From Camelus ferus (lineage: Eukaryota), in assembly GCF_009834535.1 (NCBI RefSeq), contig NC_045702.1, positions 80,848,001 to 80,912,000 of the forward strand: DNA of 64,000 nucleotides, read 5' to 3'. Under the pieces are notes generated by a model that saw only the letters and a list, made by a program, of their open reading frames with translations, made no database searches and was not told the origin of the DNA. A program made the position numbers and the translations under genes. The first letter of the stretch is position 1. Each line of letters opens with the position of its first letter. Positions 39,036 to 51,219 of the stretch are shown one piece after another.

Positions 39036-41289
39036 TATCATGCCAATTCCATTCAGAAACAGAAAAAACCCTGAATTTTTAAAAGGATCATCACTCCCCA
39101 TGAATAAGGGAAAATGGCAGGTGGAATCGGATGTACGTTCACTTTAAAGGAGATACCTCCTCCCAGCTCCGACTGTCAGGGTTGACTCAGCTCATCATCA
39201 GGTGCCCATCCTGCCCAGCTGTCTGATAGTCAAAGCAGACAACCTCCCCAGTTAGAGGAGCTGTCTGCTTGGATTACAATTACATAGAACTTCCAACAAG
39301 TCCCCGTGACATAGGAATCAGCCTTTTGACTTCAGCATTGCTGTAGCGATAACTAAATGAGCAGGGTAGAAAACATAAGGACAAAGAAATCACTCCAAAG
39401 TTCCAACGTTATGTAGATGTATTTCCTTCTTTTCCCTAAAAGTTCATTTTCTTAAGAGCTGCAGGCAATGTAATTAAGAAGGAAACCTATCCTCAAAATA
39501 TAAAACTCTAATAGGCAAGCCACATGCTGTATATTTTTACATCATTGGATTGCTCAGCTAGCTGTCTCTAAGTTTTCAATGGTAGTTACATACTGTCAAA
39601 GATTACTTTTAGCAACAATAACAGCTGGCTTTGAAATTAATTTGAAAATGAATATAATTTATAACAGGTACATGTACACGAGGTGAAGTAATTCCTGGCA
39701 TCCTTCAACTGATACACTATCTTAAAGTTTAGGGCAAAGCATTTAGTATTTGGGAAAATTACACATAAGGTTGTATTTTATGATTTCTTTTTCCCTGGGA
39801 GTGCATGAACAAGCATTACAAACATGCTTTATCCACCTGTAAGACCTAGTATTACGGTAGGTAACTGGGGAATACCCCCTACACTAGGAAGAAATCTGCG
39901 CAATGAATCAGGCAGGGAACAGCTGGTAGAGAAATCAGAGAGAGAAGCAGAGTAATCTATGGAAGGTATTTGAGTTTGCTATAAACATTTTGCAAGCGCT
40001 GGGTGAAAAAGCTAGACCTCTGGGCCTCACAACCAGAGCCCGGCTTGCTGCAGGCCAGAGAAATGGTTTGCAGGAAGTCCACAGCTCAAGAGAAAGAATT
40101 ACCATTCGAACAGCATGTGGGGAATGTAGTTTCATTCTGACTCCCGGATTGTTTTTGAATCACCCACAAGGCGTCAGTCTTCGGAAGAACTGGCCCCAGG
40201 GTTTCTAGAGAGTTTGCCTCTTGAGTGCCCTGACTTTCCACTGCTGCCAACAAGTGCATCACTAGAGGAAAGTAAGGGTATGTCTTTTAAGAATTAAGTC
40301 CAGGCTGAGCAGGAAGGAGCCTTCACTTAAGGTACAACGTAAGTGCACTGCGGCGAGTAACTGACAACTTGGCCAAGAAAGGAAGTATGTTTGAGGTTTG
40401 GGAAAGTGGGATGTAAGTTTGCTTTCCTTCACCCCCAGATCCACTCGGGCCTCCTATCTTATTTTCCTCTGGGCACTTTTCACTTCACGTCTTTGTGTCA
40501 TACATCGTTAAAAAACAAAACAAAACAGGTGACTTAAAACAGAATCCCGTCCCCTGCACCCCCGTCCGAGCAAAGGACGAATCTTCCTTGAGCTGGGGCC
40601 GCAGTAAACAGGAGAGTTGAGGGAGGGAAAGGAAGGCATAGGAAAGAACACAAACACACAGATTCTGGAGTGAACTCAGGGGGCAAGGTCAGATGAAACC
40701 CACAAGTGCAAATGGCAAAGGACCAAAGGTGATAGTGTGTGTGGGAGGCAGGGGCCGCCCAGCTCTGCGACATTCTGCCATGGGAGAAGCCCACTGGAAT
40801 CAGGCACCTGCTGCTTTGAGGTCGGAGCCTCAGGAGAGGGGCAGGAAGCCTTAAGTGGCTCAGGGAGGGGCGGGAGGACAAGAAGCTGGTCCAGTCAGAA
40901 GTGGGGGTTGCATGGCACTACCCACATTCAGGGGCCAAAGGGCCGATTCTCTGCTCCTGAGCTTCAAGCTGATTCTGATTTGAAGCCCCCAGGCTCTGTT
41001 CTCCAGTCAAGTGAAATGTAAAAAGCTCTCAACTTTTTTTTCTTTTTTTTAGGCAGGGGCAGTTTAGGCCTGGCTCACCTGTCCTCACCGTGCCCTGGGG
41101 ACTTGATCCGCATGGCTCGTGCCCACCCTCAGGGGAGTCTTTAGCATCCAAATCTGCGGTCCTAAGAAAGGCTGGCAAAGGTCGGGGTCTGGTGGCGGGG
41201 AAGCCATGAGAACTTAAACTTGACAAGAGCAACAGCAACAGAACTCCCCCACACCACGGAACCCATCCAGCCGCAGAGGGGCCCTCTTG

Positions 41290-41303
41290 CCACTTGGCGG
41301 CGC
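41290..41303 (+). promoter_or_regulatory. CTCF-like core motif
   Basis: ccacttggcggcgc matches CCASYAGRKGGCRS at 12/14 positions and retains CpGs; motif only. Confidence 0.4.
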
Positions 41304-41999
41304 TGTTTGATGCCCCCAGCACAGAGGCTGCCATTCCGACACACGCTCTCCACACGCTGGCCAAACACTGGCCACAGGGCCTTGAAAACGAGTCCTGTCC
41401 TCCAGCTTAAGCTCCGTGATGACAGGGGTCAAACTGCCACTTGGAAATTCATGCCTGGATCCTTCTGTGGAATGCCCTCTCTGTCTACCCTCATCCCTTT
41501 GGAGCTTAAATCTAAACATGGCCTGTTCTGTTAAGACTCTGAAATGAAAATGAAACAGATAATTGGAATATGAGAGGGTAAGAAAATAACAGTAACCAGC
41601 AAGGATAGCCCCCGTGTTCAGTTTTACTTTGCTTGGAGAAGTGAATATTTTTGTCAATTTGTGAGTAAAATGAAGCTGCCCCAGGGCTAGAAGCTCCTTG
41701 GGGTGAGGGCTGTGTCACCCACTCTGTGGCCCCCTGTCGGGGCTCAAGCACTGGAGCGAGCTGGGGGCTATGGGACCACGTGGTCTTTAGATTCCTCCTT
41801 GGCCTGAGTGCCTGTGGAGCTGGCATTTAATGTGGCTTCAGCATTGACTGAGTCTCCCCTTCCCTGAGGAGGAAGGAAAGGGATGAAGGAAATGGATGCT
41901 CGTGTGTATGTCGGGACTTCCAAAGCTCCCTCACGTTACTGTCTTTGCAGAGTTTTTTTCCTCCTCCTGTTCCTCTTATTTTCTAAACTGTGTCTGACT

Positions 42000-42645
42000 C
42001 AATAGATGGAAAAAGAAATGACATCTCAAACACATAAGGTTGAGTGAAAAAAGCCAGGTACAAAAGAATATAGTACCCAAGTCAACCATTGATTAAATTG
42101 ATTAAACCACTGAAATTAACCATTTGCTAATTTAAAAAAACACAAGTAAAACTCTACTATACATTGTTATGAAGATATAGTTATATAATAAAAGCTAGAA
42201 AATGCATGAAAAGGACATACATCAGCATGGAAGTAAGGGAAACAACCAGGTCAGCCTCCACCCAGCCTTTTTTGAGAATTTGCCAGAGGCCAGGCTCCTT
42301 AGCTCACTGAGGCCTCTGGAAAGGAAAGGATGGGCTGGGCTGGAGGGAGCATAACTTTTGTTGTCTTTGAAATGAACATGCTAGGAGGGAAGGGTATAGC
42401 TCAGTGGTAGAGCGCATGCTCAGCATGCACGAAGTCCTGGGGTCCCCAGTTCCTCTATTGAGAGTAAATAAATAAATAAATAAACTGAATTACTCTCCCC
42501 CACCAAAAGGATTAAAAAATAGATTTGAAATGAATATAGCAAAGCGGCAAAATGTTCACAAATTACAAACTGGAGTGGAGTGTCAGTAATTTTCTTTGTG
42601 GTGTTCGGTATGTTAGCAATGTTGCATAATTTTTTTTAATTAAAA
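42000..42645 (+). mobile_element. Old L1 (L1ME-like) 3' fragments flanking a Vic-1
   Basis: aaggttgagtgaaaaaagccaggtacaaaagaatatag...; gcaatgttgcataatttttttaattaaaag. Confidence 0.5.
42384..42523 (+). mobile_element. Vic-1 SINE with B-box deletion
   Basis: gggtatagctcagtggtagagcgcatgctcagcatgcacgaagtcctggggtccccag lacks ttcaat; TSD tttgaaatgaacat (42366-42379) / tttgaaatgaatat (42524-42537). Confidence 0.92.
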
Positions 42646-42789
42646 GAAGAAAACAAAAGCAGTAGCCCAAAGAAACCTGCAAACTTTTAGTTGGAAAGGT
42701 CCCCTTCTTTTAATTTCCGTTGATGAAGTGTGTCCCCACCAAGACCTTTAAATGCTGCCCCGAGGGTGGTTCAGTCCTCTTCCTTCTTC

Positions 42790-43990
42790 TCTATTCCCAC
42801 TTCCCGGACGGCTGCATCTGGTATTTGCTTTTCAGACCACCACCCTGCTGAGGCATCTGCAGTGTCTGTTCCAGGCCTGCGCCCTTCCCCACACTCCACA
42901 GAGACCCCCCAAAGGGTGCATCAAACTCAACTTGCTCAAAATAGAACACTGATCCCCCCTAACTGTTTCTCCCCCAGTTACTTCCTCATCACAGTAAATA
43001 AGCATCACCTTTAGAGAGAAAACACGGCCATCTGATTCTTTCTCCAGCACCCTTCTTTCTGTCACTCTCCAGACCAACCATTAGCAAGTCTTATTGGCTC
43101 TAACTGGAAAATACACAGCACCCAGCTCCCATCCCAGCCTCCTGCTGCTTCCACCCTGGTCCAGCACCACTGTCTTCGGCCTTCACCACTGACACAGTCG
43201 CCTCCCAGTGCTTGTGCAATCTCTTCTCCACGTGGCTTCTTAAAAACCTTCCTAACGAACTCATCTACAAAATAGAAACAGACTCGCACACATAGTAAAC
43301 AGTCTTATGGTTACCGGGAAAAGGGGGTGGGAAGGGATAAATTTGGGAGTTTGAGATTTGCAAATGTTAGCCACTATATATAAAAATAGATTTAACATAA
43401 ACCAAGTTTCTTCTGTATAGCACAGGGAACTATATTCAGTATCTTGTAATAACCTTTAATGAAAAAGAATATGGAAATGAATACATGTATGTATATGCAT
43501 GACTGGGACACTGTGCTGTACACCAGAAATTGACACATTGTGACTGACTATACTTCAATTAAAGCAACAGCAACAAAAACCTTCCCAGGGCTTCCCTGTG
43601 CTCAGAACTAAGTAGAAAGATCTTTCCGTGGTCAGCAGAGTGCACACCGCTGGCCAGCTGGGGCCTCCAGCGCCCATCCTTCCCCTGCTCCCTCCCCCAC
43701 AGTCACCAGGACCTTCTGAGACCTTCTCACTGTTCCTGGATCTGGCCACGAATGCCCCAGGGACCTGGCCTTCAGCCTTGCTCTTTGCTCTGCCTGGACG
43801 CCTCTTTATCAGGGTAGTTTTACGGCTCTGCCTCTGTGTCTTCCTTCAGGTCTCGGCTCAGATCTCCTCTATTCAGAGAAACCTCCCTGACCGACCCATC
43901 GAACAGAACAGCGCATGGCTTTCTTCCCCCCAGAGCAGCGCCTGGCCCAGTCAGGCACTCAGCATACAGTCGTTGATATACTGAACTAAC
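42790..43990 (+). mobile_element. L2 LINE fragment interrupted by an L1 3' end
   Basis: catcaaactcaacttgctcaaaatagaacactgatc... and ...gctctttgctctgcctggacgcc...ggcactcagcatacag. Confidence 0.65.
43253..43574 (+). mobile_element. Young artiodactyl/camelid L1 3' end with 11-bp TSD
   Basis: L1 3' UTR including the G-rich tract; TSD aaaaaccttcc (43242-43252 / 43575-43585). Confidence 0.93.
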
Positions 43991-45997
43991 AGTACCTCTT
44001 GAGCACCAGCTGGTGGCAGGCACTCACAGACACATTCATGCGTTCACTACCCACCGAAGCCCTCTGAGGACTGAAACTCAGAGGGTGCCCACAGGCCCTC
44101 ATGGGGGCCGATTCCCGAAGTGGAGCTCGAACCCATTTCTTTCCCCCTCTTCTGTCCCCTGCAGCACGCCGCCTGTCTCAAAGAAGGAAAGCAAGAGATC
44201 TATGCTCTGTGCTGCCAGGGGTTGTGCTGGTCCCATTTACAAAATTCCTTTGATCTTCACGAATACTCTTGAGAAGTAAACATCATCTCCATTTTAGAGA
44301 TGAGAAAACGGAACCTTCTGAGAGGTTAAATATTTAGCTTAAAATGACCGGTCTCCTCAGTGATGGAATGTACCCTGGGCTGGCCTCGTCCACAGCCTGT
44401 GCTCTCTTAACCACATCCATCCTACTTGCCTGAAAGTTCGATTTTAATTCCCGTAAAAGGCCTTCCCTGCAGCCTGTCAGCATCGTGGGCTTACCAGTCG
44501 TCGCTCTGCCTGAATGAGTCCGTCTTGCCTTCTCCCCGCCGCCCCCACCCCCCCTGCTGCTGAGATCTTTCCCCAGAACTTTCACCTTCCACTCATTGCT
44601 TATGCCTGATGTGGTCTCTGAGGAGCAATAGTTTTCGTGGGCCACCCAGAAGTTGGACATGAGAAAACAGGTTAGGTCGAAGGGAGCGATGGGGAGAACA
44701 GCCAGTGCTCCAAGACAGACGGTGCCCAACTTGCAAATGGGTTTGTTTGCTCGAATGTCTTTGGACGGCTGTCATGTGAAACTCGAAGCACATCTCCCTC
44801 TAGAAACAATGTTCCCCATGATGGATAGGGTCGTGGGGCCGTCCGTGAAGCCCTGCGTCATGTAAATGTCCAACCAAGACAGTCCTCCATACTCCCAGAA
44901 TTATTGACCCTCGCTGGCAAGTCAGCATTAGTCACATCGATTCTGTGGGAAAATAGGATTTTGAGTTCCAAATGGGGACACGGAGAACACTTCTGTTTGC
45001 TTTATTCGCCTCGTGCTCCTGGCTCTGTGAGGATTCTCCTTACTGATGCCCCCCAACCCCAGCCAGAATTCAACAGGGCTGGCTGTCGGCCTCCAGTAGA
45101 GGAAGGTACTGGGCATTTGAAGGAGGGGGCAGTCAAGGGCTCTGAGAGCAAAAGGGGCTCCCAGAGTAGGGTCCTCTGGCAGGGCTTAGAACCCGGGTAT
45201 AGTAGTGACCCGAGTTTCCTGGCCCAGAACATATTGAGGGTCCTCTGTGATGTGGTCCAGTGACCTAAGCAGGTGGAGTAAGGACAGAATGTGAACAGTA
45301 GGGAGGCAGCTGTCATGCAGAATGGGCGACAGGTGCAGATGTGGGGCTGTTCCCTGTGCACGTCCTGACGTCTTTGGAGAGTACCAACGAAATGGGTGGC
45401 AGTGCAGAGTGGTGGAAGGCACCCAGAACAGGAATCAGAAGACCCTGGTCCTTGCCCTGCTCCCTTAACTGGGGACCCTAGGCAACACATAGCCTCTCAG
45501 AGTCTTATTTTTCTTTGCCGTTATGTGGGAAAAAAGAATAATCACCCTTCATTCCCAGAGTCATTGTGAGCATCTATTGTGATACGAATATGAAAACACT
45601 TTCTCTCTCAGTCAATGCTATGTTAGTATTACCCCTGGTATTGCACAGGAGGCCACGTAGTTTCCAAAAATTAATATTTTTGGCGTTTTGGCACAAAACA
45701 ACCAAGAGAAAGACATGCACAAACTTCCATCCATCCACTATGTTTTTTAGCACTCCTAGCCACAGGGAATAATCTAGAGGAAGATTTCAGCCTAGACATC
45801 CTCTTTGTTCCAGATCTTCTCTATTTCTGGCCACTCCAACTTCGGTACATCCACATCTGCTGGCCACCATTGCCTCGGAACACGCAATGTAGTGCCCTGC
45901 TTGGCTGCGAGTTCTTCCTTGAGCAGAATCTACCTTTCCAGCTGCCTGTTTTTTTCTTTGTTGCGCTGCTGGAGAAGAATCAGTACATAGTTCTTTT

Positions 45998-46279
45998 CAG
46001 ACGCACAGACATAGAAAACAAACTTATGGTTACCAGAGGGGAAGTGTGGGTGGGGAGGGATAAATTAGGAGTTTGTAATTTGCAGATAGTAATAACTATT
46101 ATATATAAAATAAACAACAGGGTCCTACTGTCCAGCACAGGGAGCTATATTCAATACCTTGTAATGGCCTATAAGGAAAAAGAATGTGAAAAGGAATATA
46201 TATGTATATAAATGGATCACTGTGCTGTACACCAGAAATTAAGACAACATTGTAAATTGACTATATTTCAATTAAAAAA
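45998..46279 (+). mobile_element. Artiodactyl L1 3' end with 14-bp TSD
   Basis: cagacgcacagacatagaaaacaaacttatggttacc...ttcaattaaaaaa; TSD tacatagttctttt (45984-45997) / tacatagtcctttt (46280-46293). Confidence 0.92.
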
Positions 46280-47379
46280 TACATAGTCCTTTTAGTAAAA
46301 AAATCTCCTAATCATAATCAAATAGATCACATTTCAGTTGCAGATTCCTGGAGGAAAGTCAAATCTTTATCCATACTCAACAACTGTAGGAATGTTGAAC
46401 TGAGATGGATTGTGGTCCAAGACCCCAGACATAGCAAGAAATATTAACAACCCAAGGAGGGTTCCCTCTTTGGAAAGCATTTTTTTCCCTACCAGCGGAA
46501 TTATTTCTCCCCAGTTGTATGTGGAAAGTAAACACTGGCTTGATTGACTCCTTTTAAATGACTATATTCTGTAGAAGAAGTCAACTTGCTTAGTGCTTTG
46601 TCATTTCAACATATGTTCATAAACATATTAATTAGCCACTTTCTCTGTTTTAAAGCCCCAGACTGCATTTTATCTTTTGAAAATTGAAGTCATGGACACA
46701 AACCATTTTCAAGTCAGAGAAATGCTAAAAATAATGGTGTCCTGCAGTGTTTATCCAGGACCTTGCCTTTCAGGATCTTGGCACGTGCTACATAATTACC
46801 GTACAGCCACCTGCTTTGAGATCAGCTGCTACTAGCTTTCTCTATTTGTCTCTAGACTGCATGAGTCAATACTAGATTTCATTCTAAAACATCCCAGCTG
46901 GACAGTGGCGAAGGCAGCGTTTAGAGTGCTGAGTTCTCTCCCACAGCCAGTTCAGATAGTTTTGTATAAGAGGTGAGTTTGGTGGAGGACTGTGGGAAAT
47001 AACAAACTCATTAGAATTCAGTTAAGTGGGACCTCAGCTTTGTTAATGTTTGAAAAGCAGTAGAATCCTTAGAGAATGTTCCCAAAGTTGTTTTCACATA
47101 AAATGCTAGAGTTGCCCACTGTGGGGTGCCAGACTCTTCTCCAGGGTTGGTGAGTTATCTCTTATTCTCTGAAAGCCTCCCTACTTATCTTAAACTAAAA
47201 AATTTCACCACCTGCTTTTAGCTTCCTGGGAAAGGTAAGGTATGCTGTAGGAAATTCAACTAAAAATCTAGATTACCCGAAATGCCTTTGTGGTTAAAAC
47301 AGAGAAACATGGACTGTATATGACAACAGTCTGACTGACTTGAGGATGGTTGGATCCAAACTGTGATGATTTGGGGGTT

Positions 47380-48055
47380 GGGGGTAGGTGATGGTGAGTT
47401 TCCCAAGGATATATCCTTGGTCGCTGTTGTCAACATTTTAATCAACTACATCAGAAAAGATGTAAGAGATGTATGTTTGCATCTGTTACAAAACCAACAA
47501 CATTCATTGAATTTGCCACCTGAAGTATTCAAAAGTTTGCAGGTGGTCCACTTCGTGGAGACATTATTAGAATTAAGCTACCAAAATTTTTCAATTGGCT
47601 AGAGCAATGGCCACATTAACCCTATTGCAGGGTTTTGTTTGACAGAAAACTCATTGCTAATAAGCTGGTTGGTGGGGTTACTAAAAGATACCATATGATT
47701 TTAGTCTGTAAAAATAGAGGTATAATATCTAGAATATTGGAAAAGATAAATCTTTTATATTCAGAGCTCTTGAAACATGCATTTAATTTTGGCACAAGTT
47801 ATTTGATTAGAGATGTAGATAAATTGGGATTCAGATTGGAGTCCAGCAGTGAAGAGCCAGGATGAAGAAAGACTTAAAGTCACAGAGTAGTTTTAAAGAG
47901 TAGAAATGTTTCCTTTAACTTGAAAAAGAATGAAGAAACTAATAATTATTTGCAATAGAAAAGGATGTTGGAACATAAACTGTTCAACCAGAAGGATTCA
48001 AGCTCATGACAGATGTTCTGACATGATGATATTGGGGTCCTTTCCAACCCTTCTC
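47380..48055 (+). mobile_element. Ancient CR1/L3 LINE relic (RT domain to 3' end)
   Basis: ORF 47363-47602 GEFPKDISLVAVVNILINYI resembles CR1 GVPQGSVLGPVLFNIFINDL; ORF 47635-47865 MILVCKNRGIISRILEKINLLYSEL...RDVDKL resembles AILGCINRSIVSRSREVIVPLYSAL...RDIDKL; ends ggtcctttccaaccc like the CR1 3' end. Confidence 0.75.
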
Positions 48056-48172
48056 TTCTAGGAGGTCATGGGGATGCTGCTGGGGGGGGTGTTGCCATTT
48101 TGTAAAAGGGTGTTCTTTTAAATTAAAAACAATGTTTTGGAGCTTTGTCATATTTTCTTTAATAATCTAGAT

Positions 48173-48367
48173 CAGGGCTGCCCAATACTTTATTGAGATG
48201 TTGGAAATCTTTTCTGCACCATCCAATATGATAGCCACTGGCCACATGTGGCTATTGAGTACCAGAAATTTGCTAGTCCAGTGGAGAAACGGGATTATTA
48301 TTTCATTTAATTTTAAATTTAATTTAAATACCCACATGGGGCTTATGGTTATGATACTGAGCAGTAG
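48173..48367. mobile_element. MER3 hAT-Charlie MITE
   Basis: cagggctgcccaata...ccaatatgatagccactggccacatgtggctattgagtac...ttaaatacccacatggggc. Confidence 0.85.
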
Positions 48368-48739
48368 AGGTCACAATATTGTCTTTTTTTGTCCTTATCA
48401 CCTTGCTAACAGCTTTGGAATTTGGTCTTTTGTCTCTTCCAGATTCATCTAAAAATTGAAAAGCAAATATTTGACAGAATTAATACATAATTTTCAGATT
48501 ATTTATGTGGACTATTACTTTTTAGATTGCTTGTAGATACTTCCTAAGTTCTATATCCAAGTTTTTCCAATTTCTTTTTATCAAATGACATCTGCTTCTG
48601 AACAACTTCCTCCATTTCTTGCATGTTGAAATATATTTTAAAACATTTTATTGAATGAAGGATTCTTTAAATTCTGTAGTGCTTTACAATTTTCAAACGT
48701 TTCACACACATGATTTCATATAATTCATAACCCATTTTT

Positions 48740-49396
48740 CTGTCTACCCCTGTATTGCTCCTCCCCTCTTCCCTCTCCCCACTGGTAACCACTAGTTTGT
48801 TCTCTATATCTGTAAGTCTGCTTCTTTTTGGTTTTATTCACTAGTTTGTTCTATTTTTTTAGACTCCACGTATAAGTGATAACCTACAGTATTTGTCTTT
48901 CTCTGTCTGACTTATTTCACCTAGCATAATGCCCTCCAAGTCCATCTGTGTTGCNNNNNNNNNNNNNNNNNNNNNNNNNNNNNNNNNNNNNNNNNNNNNN
49001 NNNNNNNNNNNNNNNNNNNNNNNNNNNNNNNNNNNNNNNNNNNNNNNNNNNNNNNNNNNNNNNNNNNNNNNNNNNNNNNNNNNNNNNNGGCAATTGTAAG
49101 TAATGCTACTATGAACGTTGAGATGTGTGTATCTTTTCGAATTAGTTGTTTTGGGTTTTTTTGGTTTTTTTTTTTTTTGGATATATACCCAGGAATTANN
49201 NNNNNNNNNNNNNNNNNNNNNNNNNNNNNNNNNNNNNNNNNNNNNNNNNNNNNNNNNNNNNNNNNNNNNNNNNNNNNNNNNNNNNNNNNNNNNNNNNNNN
49301 NNNNNNNNNNNNNNNNNNNNNNNNNNNNNNNNNNNNNNNNNNNNNNNNNNTTTGATGATAGCCATTCTGACCGGTGTGAGGTGATACCTCATTGTG
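48740..49396 (-). mobile_element. Artiodactyl L1 3' fragment (ORF2 end and 3' UTR), extreme 3' tail missing, two internal gaps
   Basis: Minus ORF 48859-49392 [14 protein letters not shown]...ATQMDLEGIMLGEISQTEKDKY is the L1 ORF2p C-terminus; N runs at 48955-49088 and 49199-49350. Confidence 0.92.
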
Positions 49397-50594
49397 AAAT
49401 ATTACTTGCAGAAATTAACTTCTTTTACAGTACCTATATTTTGCTGCTTGATCTCCAGACAGTGTTTTTCTAGAAGGACCTGCATTAATTGCCTCCAACC
49501 CAGTATAAATTGACTTGTATGACATGGTAGGCAACCTCTGAAGGCTTGCCAACAACTTGGCAGGAGGAAATATTTTATGGTTGTATTGTATATTCTCATT
49601 TTATTTCAAAAATTTTAAGAAGATAAACATCTTTTTGGATTTAAAGCAAAGTTTATTCTTGGTTTGATACAAATCTTCCTTAACCCACTATTACACTTCA
49701 GAATCCATCCAGTTAGATTAGGGAAATAGCCAGTATCTTCTATTTGGAGGAAATCATTAGTATCTTTCTTTTTCTTGAGATGAGGTGTTAGATATGAAAT
49801 GATGTGTAGTGACAAATGAAAATCACGAATCAAATGTAAGTTATTGCTTTTATTTATTTTCATTATCTTCTTATAGCTGTTTTAAAAGTTTTCATTTTGA
49901 GATAATTGTCGATTTATATGAAATTGTAAGAAATAATTCCTTTACCCAGTTCCCCCCCAGTGGTAACACCTTACATAACTGTAATACAGAATCATGGACA
50001 GGAAATTAACATGAATACAATCCACTGATCTTACTTGATTTCACCAGTCTACATGACTCATTGGTATGTGTGTGTGTTTAATCCTAGGCAGTTTTATCAC
50101 ACAGGTCGATTCATGTGAGTACCACAATGGCCGAAACAGAACAATTCCCCCACAAAGATCCCTCCTGCAATTCTTTATAGACACAGCCATTCCCCACCCT
50201 CCCCACTTCTATAATCCTTATCAACCATTAATTGCTCTCCATCTATATCATTTTATCATTTCAAGAATGTTGTATAAATGGATTCGTACAGTATGTAACT
50301 TTTGATTCTGGCTGTTTTTACTCAGCAAAATTTCCTTGAGATCCATCCAAGCCATTGTTTATTATCAGTAGTTCATTTATTTCATTGCTGAGCAGTATTG
50401 CACAGTATGGATATAACAGCATTTAACTATTCACTTTTTGAAGGACATTTGGGCTGTTTCCAGCTTTTGCTATTACAAATAAAGTTGCTTTAAACACTTG
50501 CAAACAGATTTCTGAGTGAACGTCAATTGTAATTTTTCTGGGATAAATGTCCAAGAGTACAATAGCTGGATCATATGGTAAATATACATGTAGG

Positions 50595-50760
50595 TTTTTT
50601 TTAAAAAGTACTTTATTTATCTTTTATTGTATTATTTAATTACTTTATTTGGGGGGGAGGTAATTAGGTTTGTTTATTTTTAGAGGCGGTACCAGGGATT
50701 GAACTCAGGACCTCATGCATGCTAAGCATGCACTCCACCACCTGAGCGCTACCTTCCCCC
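50595..50760 (-). mobile_element. Vic-1 SINE without an evident TSD
   Basis: ggggggaggtaattaggtttgtttattt...gggattgaactcaggacctcatgcatgctaagcatgcactccaccacctgagcgctaccttcccc. Confidence 0.9.
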
Positions 50761-51219
50761 TAGTCTTTGTCTTTTAATTGTTGAAGTTAGACCATTCACA
50801 TTTAAATAATTAGGATATGTTACAGCTTAAGAATGTTGGTTTTTTTTTTTTCCCTCTGTTTCTCCTCTCTTGCCTTCCTGTGAGTTATTTGAACATTTTC
50901 AGAATTCCACTCTCATTTATTTGTAGAGTTTCTGAGTGGATCTCTTTGTGTAGACTTTTGTAGCTGGTTGCTTTAGATATCATGTTACATATACGTGACT
51001 TTTAACAGCCTATTGGCACTGCCGTTTTACCAGTTCAAGTGAGTTATAAAGACCTTAACTTCACCTAAGTTCTTTTACACTTCTTTCTATGTAATATAAT
51101 TATCCTTAATATTTCTCCTGCATGCACTGAGCACCACATCAAATGCACAGGTGTTACAATTTTTGCTTCAATCATCAAATACGATTTTAAAAACTCATGA
51201 CAAAAAGGAAAGTCTATTA

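Noticed and set aside
43316-43337. G-quadruplex-like runs here and near 46038
   Set aside because: Known G-rich tract of the L1 3' UTR, explained by the repeat
45002-45490. 162-aa ORF and other overlapping ORFs at 40.5-45.5 kb
   Set aside because: GC-rich DNA has few stops, so ORFs overlap on both strands; no homology recognised
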